From NCBI RefSeq assembly GCF_016432865.1, contig NC_067400.1, positions 65,596,001 through 65,660,000 on the forward strand: 64,000 bases of DNA. Reading direction: 5' to 3'. Position numbers and translations under genes: made by a program. Shown here piece after piece: positions 13,441-24,911 of the stretch. The notes under the pieces are model-generated. The model worked only from the letters and a program-made list of their open reading frames with translations. It did no database searches and was not told the origin of the DNA. Origin of the DNA: Antechinus flavipes. Taxonomy: Eukaryota. Position 1 is the first letter of the stretch; each line of letters starts with the position of its first letter.

Positions 13441-15149
13441 ACTCATTTTTCAAATAAAAATGAGGACTGAATTTTCTCCTTTCCTCCTGTCATTCCCCCA
13501 CCCATTGACAAGACAATATGTGAGATCTAAAGTATTTTATAAACCTAAAAAAACATTGTAATCATGAATAAGTTGCTAGATTTGGAATTAATAAATATCA
13601 TGTCTCAAATCCTACTTTTGACATCATCCTGTTTGAGTCCAAGTTAATCTGAACCTCAGTTCCCCCCTTTGTAAAACAGGGATAAATAATACTTTAATTA
13701 TCTACATTATTAAATTTGTCTAGTTCAAATGTTATTTTCTTTGCAAAGCACTTTTTAAACCTAAAAGTGCTATCTAAATCTTTACTATCATGAAAATATA
13801 AGAGGTAATGGAAATGCAAGATATAATTACAATTGTAGGCACTTGTTAGCTTAGCTCATTCATTGGGTCCTCATAGGGAAGCATCCTTATTCATCACAAC
13901 CTGACATCCCAAATCCTAGTTTAGCTCTTAAACTTCTCTATCTTCCAATCTCCTTCCCTAAGTCTTCAGGTCACAGAGGGTAGAGAGAGAATAGACCGAG
14001 AACTAGGCAAAGAGATCTTATTTCTGCTCGACTGTGGTGTAACCGTCTCTATTTCAAACCCTCTTTCCATTTTGGGGTCAGGTCTCCAGGAGGAGGAGGT
14101 TGGTAACTGGATCTACAACTCATAAACTTTTTCTAAGCCCATGGTACTCGAGTTTTAAATAAACTCCGGCTGTTGTTTGCTCAGATGCATTTTGTAAGAG
14201 GCACAGTGCCCTCCAGTTAGAGCAGCACTAGCCCCCTGCTTCTAGTTCAAACTCTTCCTGGAATTGTTTAGCTCACAATGTCTGTCTTTTCTGCCCAAAC
14301 CCCATCTTTCTCCATTTTCCTCTACACAAATAGGAAAAAATCCATAAAATTAAGATTCTTCGGAATCTGTTCCTGATACAGTTAGATAATTGCCCAAACC
14401 AACATTGTCTATCGATCTCTGGATTTTGGTAGTGTCCCAAACTCAAAGTAGCCTTTTGCCTGGACAAATCAGTTTACCACTTTCACACTTGTTTTTCTCA
14501 TTTGTAAAATGGAAATAATGAAAGCACCTGTTTTATTGATTTTTTTTGTGTGTGAGAGTTAAATGAGTTAAAATAGGTAAAGATCCTTGCAGACCTTAAA
14601 GCAAAATATAACTGCTAGCTAGTATTATCAAATATAGGGTTTTTTGGTTTTGTTTTATGTGAGTACCATTTCTGTGTTAACAGGGAAAGAAACTGAGGTT
14701 CAGAAGAGTAGAATTATTCCTTAAAATTCACACGATGAAACAAATAAAGGCAGGATTAGGATGTAGGTTTGTCCACAGGTCAGGACTCTACATTAGCTCA
14801 TGAACCATTCCTTCCTGCCTATGTTCAGAACTTGGTCAATAGCGGGAACGGGCTCTGATCCAAGCTTAGAGCATTCAATGAAGTAACAAGAGTGATACCA
14901 TAGCTGAGAATGAAGATCACCCCTGATTGGCTAATGGATTTTTCTACATTCTGCCCTGTTCTGTTCCTGTCCCCTCCAGCTCTTCCTTCCTGACACATTC
15001 TTTCTTCTTGTCCATTCCTTTTTTCATCCCAAATTTAATTTATTAATCCATGGGAAAGTAGGCTCAGATGCCACACATGGTTTGGGGCTTTCTACTCTTA
15101 AGTTTCCAACTGAGTTTGGAGGCAGGATAAGGTCAAGTGATTTGTATAA

Positions 15150-15545
15150 TGATTGTGGTGGGGAGAAGAGAGATGTGAGAAAGGGAGAGAGAAGGTGGGG
15201 TGGGGGAGAAGAAACAGAGACAGAGACAGACAAACAGAGACAGGCACAGAGATGAGAGAGAGAAAGACAGAGAGAAAGACAGAGATATGGGAGACAAAGA
15301 AACACACAGAGACATACATACAAATAGAAAGGCATACAGAGAGACATTTTAGTAGGCGGAGGGAGTATTTATATGGTGCCGACTATATGACAGATTCTGT
15401 ACTAAATGTTTTTTAAAGGAATGGAGGGAAAGAAAGAGAGAGAAAGAGAGTCAGGAGATGAAAGAGGGAGAGAGAAGAATGGTGGGAAGGAGAGAAGACA
15501 TAGAGAGAGGGAAGGAGGAGGAGGGGACAGAGACAGACAGACTCA
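15150..15545. repeat. GA-rich low-complexity repeat
   Basis: Seen directly; it generates the spurious SLCLSVS-type ORFs. Confidence 0.85.
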
Positions 15546-16724
15546 CACACAGCGTCATTTAGGATAAGATCTGCGATTTGCCTGGCTCAATTCTTTCTGG
15601 CTTCTTTTGCCCCTGGAATTTCTTTTAATTTTTCATCTGTGATGAAATTGTAACTGGAGGAGGAGGACAGACTTAGAAGAGATCATTCATAGTACCTAGT
15701 CCAATTCCATTTTGTGGATGAGAAAACTGAGGACCAGTGAAGTGAAGTAATTTATTTAGTCAATTATCATACAGATGCTAAGTAGAGAGGTCTAAATTCA
15801 AATCCAGTTCTTTTACTGCATGCTGAGCATTTGTTCCACTTCCCAATGCTTCTTCAATGAAATGAATTCTCAGAGACTTGCCAAAGATAACCCAGTGATA
15901 CAGATTCATCCCTCATTTCTGCTGACTTCAAACCCTATTCTTTTTCTACCAGATTTAGCCTGGAAGGTGAATACCACAGTGGTAAATCTCCCGCTCCTGC
16001 AGGTGAGCTATTGTTTTCCTTTTTGCCTTATCCCTTCCCTCCTGGTTTCCCAGCAGCTATGGGGGATGAGGGAGCTGTTCTTTAATCAGCTCCACCTTGC
16101 CCATTGCTCAAAGACCCTGGGAGAGGTATGTGTGTTGGGGGAGACGAGAGGGGGGTCTGCCTATGGTGCTGTTCCCAGAGTGGCCTCAGCTCCCAGGAAT
16201 TCTTTTCATCCTCAGCCTAGTCAAATTGACAGCTTCTTCCTGTTGGAAACCCAGTTGAAAGTCCCCATTTGTTTCATTTGGCCTTTAATTTACAGCCTGT
16301 CACTAGTGGTAGACAACTGTGTTAAAGGGGATGTCAGTGATTGCCTTGGGCACAAGCAGAGAGGACTGAAGAATCATAGAATGTTAGAGCTGGCAAGAGT
16401 TTTTAAGGGTTATATAGTCCAATCTGCTCACTCTGTAAGAGGTAACAACAGGGTCCAGTATGGCTGAGAGACTTGCTCACTATCACTCAGCTCTTTCCCT
16501 TCTTACTTGTTTGATACACAAACTGTCTCTGAATGACTAATATGTTAAGTCCTAAGCAATCCCTAACTCTTTAGTAAGAATTACATTTAATCAGTGTCTC
16601 TCTTCTCTGAGAAGAGAAATCAGACAGGATGAGAAAGGTTGCACTGGGGAGTTGCTCAAAGGTGGGGCAAGAACAAAAAGGATCGATTTTGCTAGTTTAT
16701 CAAAGTCTAACACTGAGAAAATTC

Positions 16725-17240
16725 CCAGAATTAAGAATTTGAGAGTTGGAAAGAATCTCAGTGGCCATCTAGTTCAGCCCATATCAGAAAAGAATTCCTG
16801 CTGTGGTATCCCTGGCAAATGGCCTCTGCTTAAAGACCTCCAAGAAAGGGAAACACGTGACTTCGTTAAGAATATAATCCACTTTCCAATAGTTTAGTCT
16901 CTTTTCCACAGCATGGTCCTTCATGTCCCTCCTTCTATACCTATCCTTAGTCTTCTAAAAACCCCAATTCTTTTAATCTAGCCTCAAGGACTCATCATCT
17001 TGACTGGCATCTTCTGGACACTTTTCAATTTATGGCATCCAGAATGGTACCTAATGCTTTTGATGAGTCTTGAAAAGGGGAAAGTACAAAAAACCCAACA
17101 TGTCCTTACTCCTGGAATCTATAATCTCAATGCACTCTTAAGACTTTATTAGCTTTTTGTATCACTTCTCATTTCTGATCTATATTGAGCTTGCAATCCA
17201 CTAAAATTTGAAGATATTTTTCAGCCAGATAGTAGTTGTA
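16725..17240 (-). mobile_element. L3/CR1 LINE fragment
   Basis: gagttggaaagaatctcagtggccatctagttcagccc...tggcaaatggcctctgcttaaagacctccaag, the typical antisense L3/MIR3 3' end. Confidence 0.6.
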
Positions 17241-17733
17241 AAATCATGGTAACAAGCTGAATTGGGTATAGATTGGACAAGGAAGACAGAATAAGAAAGA
17301 TGCTCTTGGCTTCTTACTTCTGGTGATATATAAATCATTGATCAGTGTACCAATAGTTGAACAGTATTAGAGTCCAAGTTGTTGACTTCTAGTTCTCCTT
17401 CTGGTATTAGTATAGGATACCCTACAACACTGTCTGAGAAAACCCTAAAAGGATTGCCCAACCCCTTTTTTTGTCCCCAGAGAGACCTATACTTTTGTCA
17501 TTCTGTGGAATTGAGATTCTTTCCTGTCTGCTATTTCAGTAATAACTCTTATTATTATCTCACTTCTAGTCAAATCAAAAGTTTCTCTCCTATAGTCCCA
17601 CATTTCTCCTTGGAAAAAGAGAGGAGCAAAGCTTGGAAACCTGGGCTCTGGCTCTATCTTCTGTGCAAATGTTCCCATCTCTCTCTAGGATAAACATCCC
17701 CATTTCCTCAAATTAGCCTCATAGATGGATCAC

Positions 17734-18010
17734 TGTTATGGGAGCAACCTGCTAGTGGCTAGGGATCTAATTCTGACCAGCAGAATAGATCCCTTCATGT
17801 GAGAGGATGATAATGATATAAGGACACTAAAAGACAGTTGCATTCTCTGACCACTCTCCTCTTCCCTCCAATTTATTTCATTCTCAAGCCATAAGCAACA
17901 TTTGCATCAATAAAGGCTGATTTGCAATTCCTTCAAAAGTGTTATGATTCACAGCTGTGGGGGCTTCTGGAGAACCAACTTCCCTTCACACTTAGGTGTG
18001 ATCCTCAACA
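17734..18010 (-). repeat. 3' LTR of the mini-ERV
   Basis: The minus strand reads TGTTGAGGA...CCCATAACA; AATAAA at 17877-17872; octamer ATGCAAAT at 17907-17900. Confidence 0.92.
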
Positions 18011-18030
18011 ATTCCCCATTTTTTGTTTTA
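18011..18030 (-). promoter_or_regulatory. Polypurine tract
   Basis: Minus strand TAAAACAAAAAATGGGGAAT lies immediately before the 3' LTR; A-run plus G-run as in betaretroviral PPTs. Confidence 0.85.
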
Positions 18031-18452
18031 TGGGAACACAATTATTTTTCCCCCAACAGCATAGTCCACTATTGTGAAGTGGCTGTTATCTAGTCCATAT
18101 GCTGAGGAATGCAAACAATATTATCAAAGTCTTTTCTGTCCTATTCCTCTGGATGATTGCAGGGTGAGAGTGAGATGCTATAGCAGGTGTCCAATCTTGT
18201 GAGATGTCATGGAGGCAAACTTTCTGGCAAATGGAGAAATAGGATTGTAGTCAAAATAGGCATTTTTCATTAGTTCCTCATCAGTCTCCTGGCTTAGCCC
18301 TTTGATATATTAGCCCATTTTAATTCCCTGACTAAAAAAAGTCTTACTGGGTCTCTTCTCCCTTTCCTTCCCTGTGGGTTTCCAAGGGAACTCTCCTGGG
18401 AGGATCCTATTCATGACCAGCTCTTGAGCACCGATGCTTCTTTGTTTCTAGT

Positions 18453-18470
18453 ATCCCTGTTCGGGCGCCA
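18453..18470 (-). promoter_or_regulatory. Primer-binding site for tRNA-Lys3 (UUU)
   Basis: Minus strand TGGCGCCCGAACAGGGAT versus canonical TGGCGCCCGAACAGGGAC (17/18), 2 nt downstream of the LTR end. Confidence 0.95.
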
Positions 18471-18472
18471 TT

Positions 18473-18753
18473 TGTTATGGGCGCAACCTGCTAGTGGCTG
18501 CTGGGGATCTAATTCTTGACCAGCAGAATAGATCCCTTCATGTGAGAGGATGATAACAATTCAAGGAGACTGAGAGGCAGTTGCATTCTCTAACCTTTCT
18601 CCTCTTCCCTCTTCCTTCTGGTTTATTTCATTCCCTCATTCATTGCCTCAATAAAGGCTGATTTTCAAGTCCTTCAAGTATGTTATGATTCACAGCTGTG
18701 GAGGCTTTTGGAGAATTGACCTGCCCCTTCATACTTAGGCTTGGTCCTCAACA
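18473..18753 (-). repeat. 5' LTR of the mini-ERV
   Basis: The minus strand reads TGTTGAGGA...CCCATAACA, followed by AA and the PBS; AATAAA at 18627-18622. Confidence 0.92.
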
Positions 18754-19199
18754 GATCACTTGATGGTTGTCTCTAAGCACTATCCACTTTATAGTATTCA
18801 GAACCATACACAGTACTTTAGATGAGGACTGATAAGGGGGTGGGGGAAATGCAATAAAACCAACACTCCAATTCCTATAATCTATGTCAGTCCTTGACAC
18901 ATAGTAGTTTACAAATGCTTGCCCTTCCCCATCCCTCTCAATTTCCTGACTTCCCCCATTTCATCTGCTCCCTCCTCTTTCCGAGCTACAAATGTCCTTC
19001 CTTTTGATTCTGATTTCCAGCAACATGGCTGAACAAGAGTCTCTCAGAAACTTCCTCTGCCTGTTTTCCTATCCCAATGCAGATTATCCAAGGCTCTTCA
19101 ATTCTGAGCAGTGGCCAATAAGAAACAGACTTCTAGCTTTTCATTTTGTATGGAACAATGTGAATCACATAAGATAAGAAGGCACGAATGTCTGAGATA

Positions 19200-19790
19200 G
19201 ATTACAGATCTCATTTTATTATCTTTGCCCCCAAACTATTGCTTTTACAAACTTCCATATTTCTTTTAAGGATATCACTATCTTTCTTGTCACTTGGGTA
19301 AACAATTTTGGTGTCAACTTCAGCTCTTCACTGTCCCTTATTCACTTTCAATCATACTCAATCAGATGTTAAATATTGTCCTTATAGTTTCCACACATCC
19401 CTCATTTGTCCCCTTCTCTAGATATACAGCTGTCACCCCTAGTCAGACTTTCATCTTCTCTCATCTGAGAACAAGAGCTCTGTGGAAGCAAGTGATATCT
19501 ATTCATCAACCATTATGGGCTGGCCCTAACCTCACCATTAGCAAATTTTCTTCATGTCTACCCAATATGTCACTTTATGCAAGTTGTAGTCATTTTTCCA
19601 GATGAGAGAAGATAATCAGTCTCCTTATTTGACTTTTCCTTCTACCTTCTATATTCCACAAAGCCGCTACCTTACAAAAAAAATGTAATTTTTCCTTACA
19701 TTTGACCATGTAATTCCCATACTTAATAAAACTCAGTGGTTCCCTATTGATTCTGAGATAAAACATTATTTCATCTGTTGAGTACAAAGT
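19200..19790 (+). mobile_element. L2 LINE fragment
   Basis: Pyrimidine-rich L2-like text (ttgcccccaaac..., gaccatgtaattcccatacttaataaaactcagtggttccctattg). Confidence 0.65.
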
Positions 19791-21757
19791 ATTCTGTCCT
19801 CATGAAATTCATTGTATAGTATTGCATAGCCAATGGATGAGTTACTCCTCCTCCAACCGGACATGATATTATAGATTCCAAGTCAATCTTCCATTAGACT
19901 AGTAAAAAATGTTACCCTTCAGAGCTGGCTTCTTTCTCTAGCTCTGACTGCTGCCACTGTTGGCAGACTCTCTCATGGATTCAAGGTGCTAGACCTCAGG
20001 TGGATCTTTAGAATTTTTGAACCTCACAAAGTTGTAGCCTGGTGCATCTGTCTCTGATATTCATTCCCCTAAGATCATGAAAGTAATAACGGAATAGTGG
20101 TATTATGTATCCATGGCCACATGGAAAGGAGCTGTCCTATCATGTGGTTCATAGCATTTATTCCTCATCAGAACCAGCCAGGGAGAGAGAATTCTTCCAT
20201 TGCCTTGAGCCTTTTGTACATTCGCCCAGTGTACCCAGTGCGGGCCCATCAGTCAGTTAAAAAAGGGTTTTCTTTGACAATAGGAAATAGTTAATATATT
20301 CTCCCAAGTGCTGAAATAGGGAAAGGGCATCTTCCATCAAGTCACTTAGAAATGAGTTCCCTGTGGGTTTATACCAGGAAGAGCATATTGTGCTTGCTCT
20401 AAGAAAAGGGACCTCATTGATTAGTGTCTTCCTTCCTCCCTTTATGTAAAGTTTATTTATATAAACATGAGTGTAGTAGTACATATGTAAATTAATAAGT
20501 AAACAAATGTATATTGAGAGTATGTGCTCAAAAGTTTTTACTAATGGGGTGTGTGCTCACAAAAGTTCCAACACATGAAGACCCCTGTACTCCATGATCT
20601 CTAAGGTAGCTTCCTGAATTAGTATTAGGTGGTTCTAAATGTATAAGGTGTTAAGCCATCTACGTCTTTCCTACTTTGAAAAACTCTTTCCCTGAACTGT
20701 CTTTCCTTAGCCTTGTCACATCAGAACAAGGAGAAAAGAGAAGGCTCATAATACCAACCCTTACTGATCTTTTCCCTAGGATTCTGTGCTGGTGAGATAA
20801 TGTCTGTGGAGGGCATTCTGGGGAGAAATACAAGGGGTACTGTTGTTGTCCCTGGGCTTCCTGAGCAGGCCAGGTAACAGGCTCTTTCATCTTAATGGGC
20901 AGCTGATGCTACTTATTCCTTTCTTTCTCCCAGAGTTAAAGATTTTCTTTAAAGAAATAATTAGCAGGTACTTTTAAACCTCCCCAGTGACTCATTCTTC
21001 TTTGAAATGCTAACTTGGGGTTGTCTCCTTCAGAGAATAAAATATAATGACAATAGCAATTTATTTCATAGTCAGAGCCTGGCCAATTAGCACCTACCCT
21101 TATACCCAGAAAGTAAAAGGCATTGGCTAGGAGGGCAGAAAGGGATTAACTACATGATATGGATCAAGTTTCTCAGCTTCTCTGGGACTCAGTTTCCCCC
21201 TTTGTAAAATGAGAAACTTAGACTAGGATTATGAGATTTCAGATTTTGAGGTGGAAGGAATTTGGCAATCATTTAATCCAGTGATTTCCAAAGGGGTAAT
21301 GTGTACTACAATGTGTGTGTGTATAATTACATAAAAAAAACATCTATTTTTGAGGTATTTTAGCTAAAAAAAAAACCCAAGGATCATTGATATTAATAAC
21401 TAGATTGACATTGGAGCCCTCATTCAAATAATTTATCAGACTCTCATGTGTTAAGTAAGTCTTTGACCACCTCTTGAAGTATATAATACATTATAATTAC
21501 TAGATAATTCAAAATAGTATTGAGAACATTGAGAAGTTTAGCAGGTTTGGCTTATAAAGTAGGAGACATTTTGCTTTTCTAGTGAGCCAAGGTAAGAGTT
21601 GGGATCACTTCCCTAATCTTGGTTACTTTCTCCAACATATATCAGGGCAGTTTCTTGGGGCTTTTCCTGAAAAGTCAGTGCTGACCAAGCACCCAGAAAC
21701 TCTTAATCTCTCAAAATCACAAGATTGCCTCTGAGACAGGTAATATCCATCTCAAGA

Positions 21758-21885
21758 TCACTAGCCCTAAAGTCAGGAGGACCTGAATTCAAATGAGATC
21801 TCAGACACTTAGCACTTCCTAGCTGTGAGATCCTGGGCAAATCACTTAACCCCAGTTGCCTAAGCAAAAAAAAAAAAAAAAAAAA
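21758..21885 (+). mobile_element. 5'-truncated WSINE1-type SINE with poly(A)
   Basis: gccctaaagtcaggaggacctgaattcaaat...ttaaccccagttgcctaagc followed by about 20 A. Confidence 0.85.
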
Positions 21886-22059
21886 GGGAAAAAAGATCAC
21901 TTCTCTGTCACCTATGTCCTGGAAAGAAACACAGAGTAGAAGAGAAACTAAAGTTTTGAGATCCAATCTCAGGCTTATCTAAGCCAACACACATGCTATA
22001 GCTTTTTAGCTATAATTATCATACTCCTGGGTAGAGAGTGGCCCTTTCCTGGAGTTACT

Positions 22060-22205
22060 TGAAGAGGGATAGAGGGAAAGGAGAGAGAAAGAGGAGAAAG
22101 AGATAGAGACAGAGAACAGAGAAAGAGACAGAGAAAGACAGAGGCAGAGACAGAAACAGATAGAGAGAAAGACAGAGACAGAGACAGAGACAAAGAAGAG
22201 AGACT
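22060..22205. repeat. GA-rich (AGAGAC)n-like repeat
   Basis: Seen directly. Confidence 0.85.
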
Positions 22206-23824
22206 CTGCTTCCCCTTTTTTAATTGAGGCAGTGTTCCATCATTTTGTCATTCTTTTAGGGATGGGGAAGAACACAAAGACATCATTAAGCTTTGTTGTA
22301 TCATCTCTTCAGCATTAAGCCATCCATTTGGCTTGGGGACCTCAATACACCCTTGATATGATTCCTGTAGAAACAGCCGCACATATTCCATGGGGTAAAA
22401 TCCAATCCAACTTCTGCTACAAAAGGTAACATCCAGAAATTCAGGATACCCCCCAACAAAACTCAATTCCAGTGTGCCAGAGAACACTCTATGAGAAGCA
22501 TTGATCTAGATGAGAGGCAGAGTGATATTGGATTTCTGTACAAGGTCTCTTAATAATTATTTCCCTATACCCAACCTCCCTCCCCACTCCTCTTCTCCTC
22601 CCCATCTACTCACTGTTTCCTCTTGGAGAAGAAAATCACCTGCTTGATCATCTCCCAAAAACACAAGACCTAAGCAAGTCTTCCCTAGGGGCTAACTGGT
22701 GAAGATAAAGGGGCCAATCTCTGTCTGCTCTGAATCTTTCCCATGTCTGGCCAAGAGAAATTCATTTGGAGTAGACACTGATTCAATGCCTTACACATTT
22801 GTAAATGAGAACAGGCTCTCTCCCTGACCAGGGTTAAATTATTCTGAAGCTATAAACAGATCCTGGTCCACTTCAAAGGATTTTTATCAGCTTATGCCTA
22901 CAGATCCTGTTCAAATCTTCTCATTTTCAAAGGGAGAAAGAAACCCCTTGGCTGAACCCCCAGCCAGGCCCTACCTTCCTTAGAATATCTTTGACTTCAA
23001 ATAAACTGATCCCTTCTTGTTTCTTCCCCCACCCTCTCCTTTTCTTTTCTTTCTTTCTTTTCCTTTTTGCATTCACAGAGGTTTCTCTGATAGTCTCCCA
23101 CTGTTTCACCCCACCAAGCTCTCTGTTCCCCCTCCTCTATTGCCTATTCCTTGAGCTAGGATTGATTCTAATCTCCTGAAAAGTGACCTGCATAGAGCCA
23201 AGTTTAGGAATGTGGGGTAGGATTGGTCTTTCTCATTAGCAATCTTTTTAAATGTGATCAGGGTTATCCCTGGGACAAAATCATGGAGGTGGTCAAATTT
23301 GTCTTAATGTTCCTTCTACTCCTTTGGTATCCTTTAGCTATTTGGCCGACCTCATCCAAGCATTCAATGATCTAACACCAGGGCATCCCATTACTTACTT
23401 TGACCCCCTGAGTATGACCTGGATCTTCACCATCAAAACACTGACTCAGGATCCAAACATAATGAAAATAGCTTTGGATTTAAAGCAAGGAAAACAGATA
23501 TTCTACCTTAGCTCTGCTGCTTATCATTAACAAAATTAACAACAGCAGTAATTTATATAACACTTTAAAGTTTGCAAAGTGCTTTGTATATATCTTTTTT
23601 GATTCTTACAACAATTTTGCTTACTGTTATCTCCATATTAGAGATTAGGAAACTGAAGCTTAGAGGGATTAAAGTGATTTCCTAAGATCACATAGCTATC
23701 AAGTGTGTCAGACTAGATTTGAATTCAGTTCTTCCTGATCCTAGAAACAACACTCTAGCCACTATACTACTTAATCATCTAGTTAATCTTTCCCCAGGAA
23801 ATGGATTTATTTCTCATTTCTCAA

Positions 23825-24170
23825 TAATATTTTATTTTCCTAAATACATGTAAAGATAGTTTTTTCAGCATTCATTTTCGGAAGAATTTGTGTTCCAAAT
23901 TGTTCTCCCTCCCTCCCTTACCTCTTCTCTCCCCAAGATAACAAGTAATCTGACATGGGTTAAATATGTGCAAACTTTTAAAACATATATCCATATCTAT
24001 CATGTTGTGTAAGAAAAATCAGATCAAAAGAGAAAAGCCACAAAAAAGAAAAAAACCAAACAAAACAACAGAAAAAGTGAAAATACTATGTTTTGATCCA
24101 CATTCAGTATCTATAGTTCTTTCTCTAGATGCAGATGGCATCTTTTATCTCAAGTCTATTGAAATGCCAG
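23825..24170 (-). mobile_element. L1 3' UTR fragment
   Basis: tattttattttcctaaatacatgtaaagatag...gtgaaaatactatgttttgatccacattcagt, similar to positions 50-100 of the window. Confidence 0.8.
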
Positions 24171-24684
24171 CAACTTATTTAATGAGCATCTAATAAAATA
24201 AAGCAGACCTTATAAGTGGAAAGTTTCTTAGAGAACATCTTGTCCAACTCATTTTACAGAGGAAACTGAGACTCATTTAGATTGCTGCAGTCATAGAGTA
24301 GGTGCTTTGATTCCCAGTCTAGGAATCAAAGAGCTATTCTAGACCTCTGTCCATTGCGCTATATTAACATGGAAATTTAAGTTTTGAGGTGTTACAGCAG
24401 TGGTAGGAACTTTGGGTTCTGACTAAGGACCATTAGCAATGGCATTTTGGGGTGGGTAGATATTTTGAAGGATGTAAAATCCTCCATATAGGGAGTTGCT
24501 CAATTGGTATTGTCATCTCTATCTAAGACAAAGAGCTTTGCTGGTACTACCCAAAGTCTGCCTTGCTCTTGAGGCATTTGCATTTTAGGGACAATACTAA
24601 TATGGACAAATAATTTGAACATCTCTGACAAGCAAGGAGAAAGAGAAAGGAATAGTAGAAAGAAGCACTGTGTAAATATCAGAG

Positions 24685-24911
24685 GAACAGCTAAATGGCA
24701 CAGTGGATAGAGTATTTACTGGACTAGAGTCAGGAAGACTCATCTTCCTGAGTTCAAACACTAGATGTGAGATCTTTAGCAGTCCACTTAACCTGGTTTG
24801 CCTTAGATTCCTCTGTAAAATGAGATGAAGAAGGGGACAAACCACTCCAATATTTTTGCCAAGAAAATGCTGAATGGTGTCATAAAGAGTCAGACATGAC
24901 TGAACAACAAC
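24685..24911 (+). mobile_element. Mar1-type CORE-SINE, near full length
   Basis: cagctaaatggcacagtggatagag...gagtcaggaagactcatcttcctgagttcaaa...gtcagacatgactgaacaacaac. Confidence 0.9.

Larger units (their letters stand above)
17734..18753 (-). mobile_element. Complete miniature LTR retroelement (class II/betaretrovirus-like, non-autonomous)
   Basis: Two direct repeats of 277 and 281 bp, both TG...CA; tRNA-Lys3 PBS; PPT; perfect 6-bp TSD GATCAC at 17728-17733 and 18754-18759; internal region only 462 bp. Confidence 0.93.

Noticed and set aside
14204-14242. Two tandem CTCF-like motifs on the minus strand
   Set aside because: Both lack the conserved 5' CC of the core motif; a weak match.
15024-15416. 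SLCLSVS/RDRDRQ-type ORFs (also 9467-9751, 21996-22193, 59745-60206)
   Set aside because: Translations of GA/CT low-complexity repeats.
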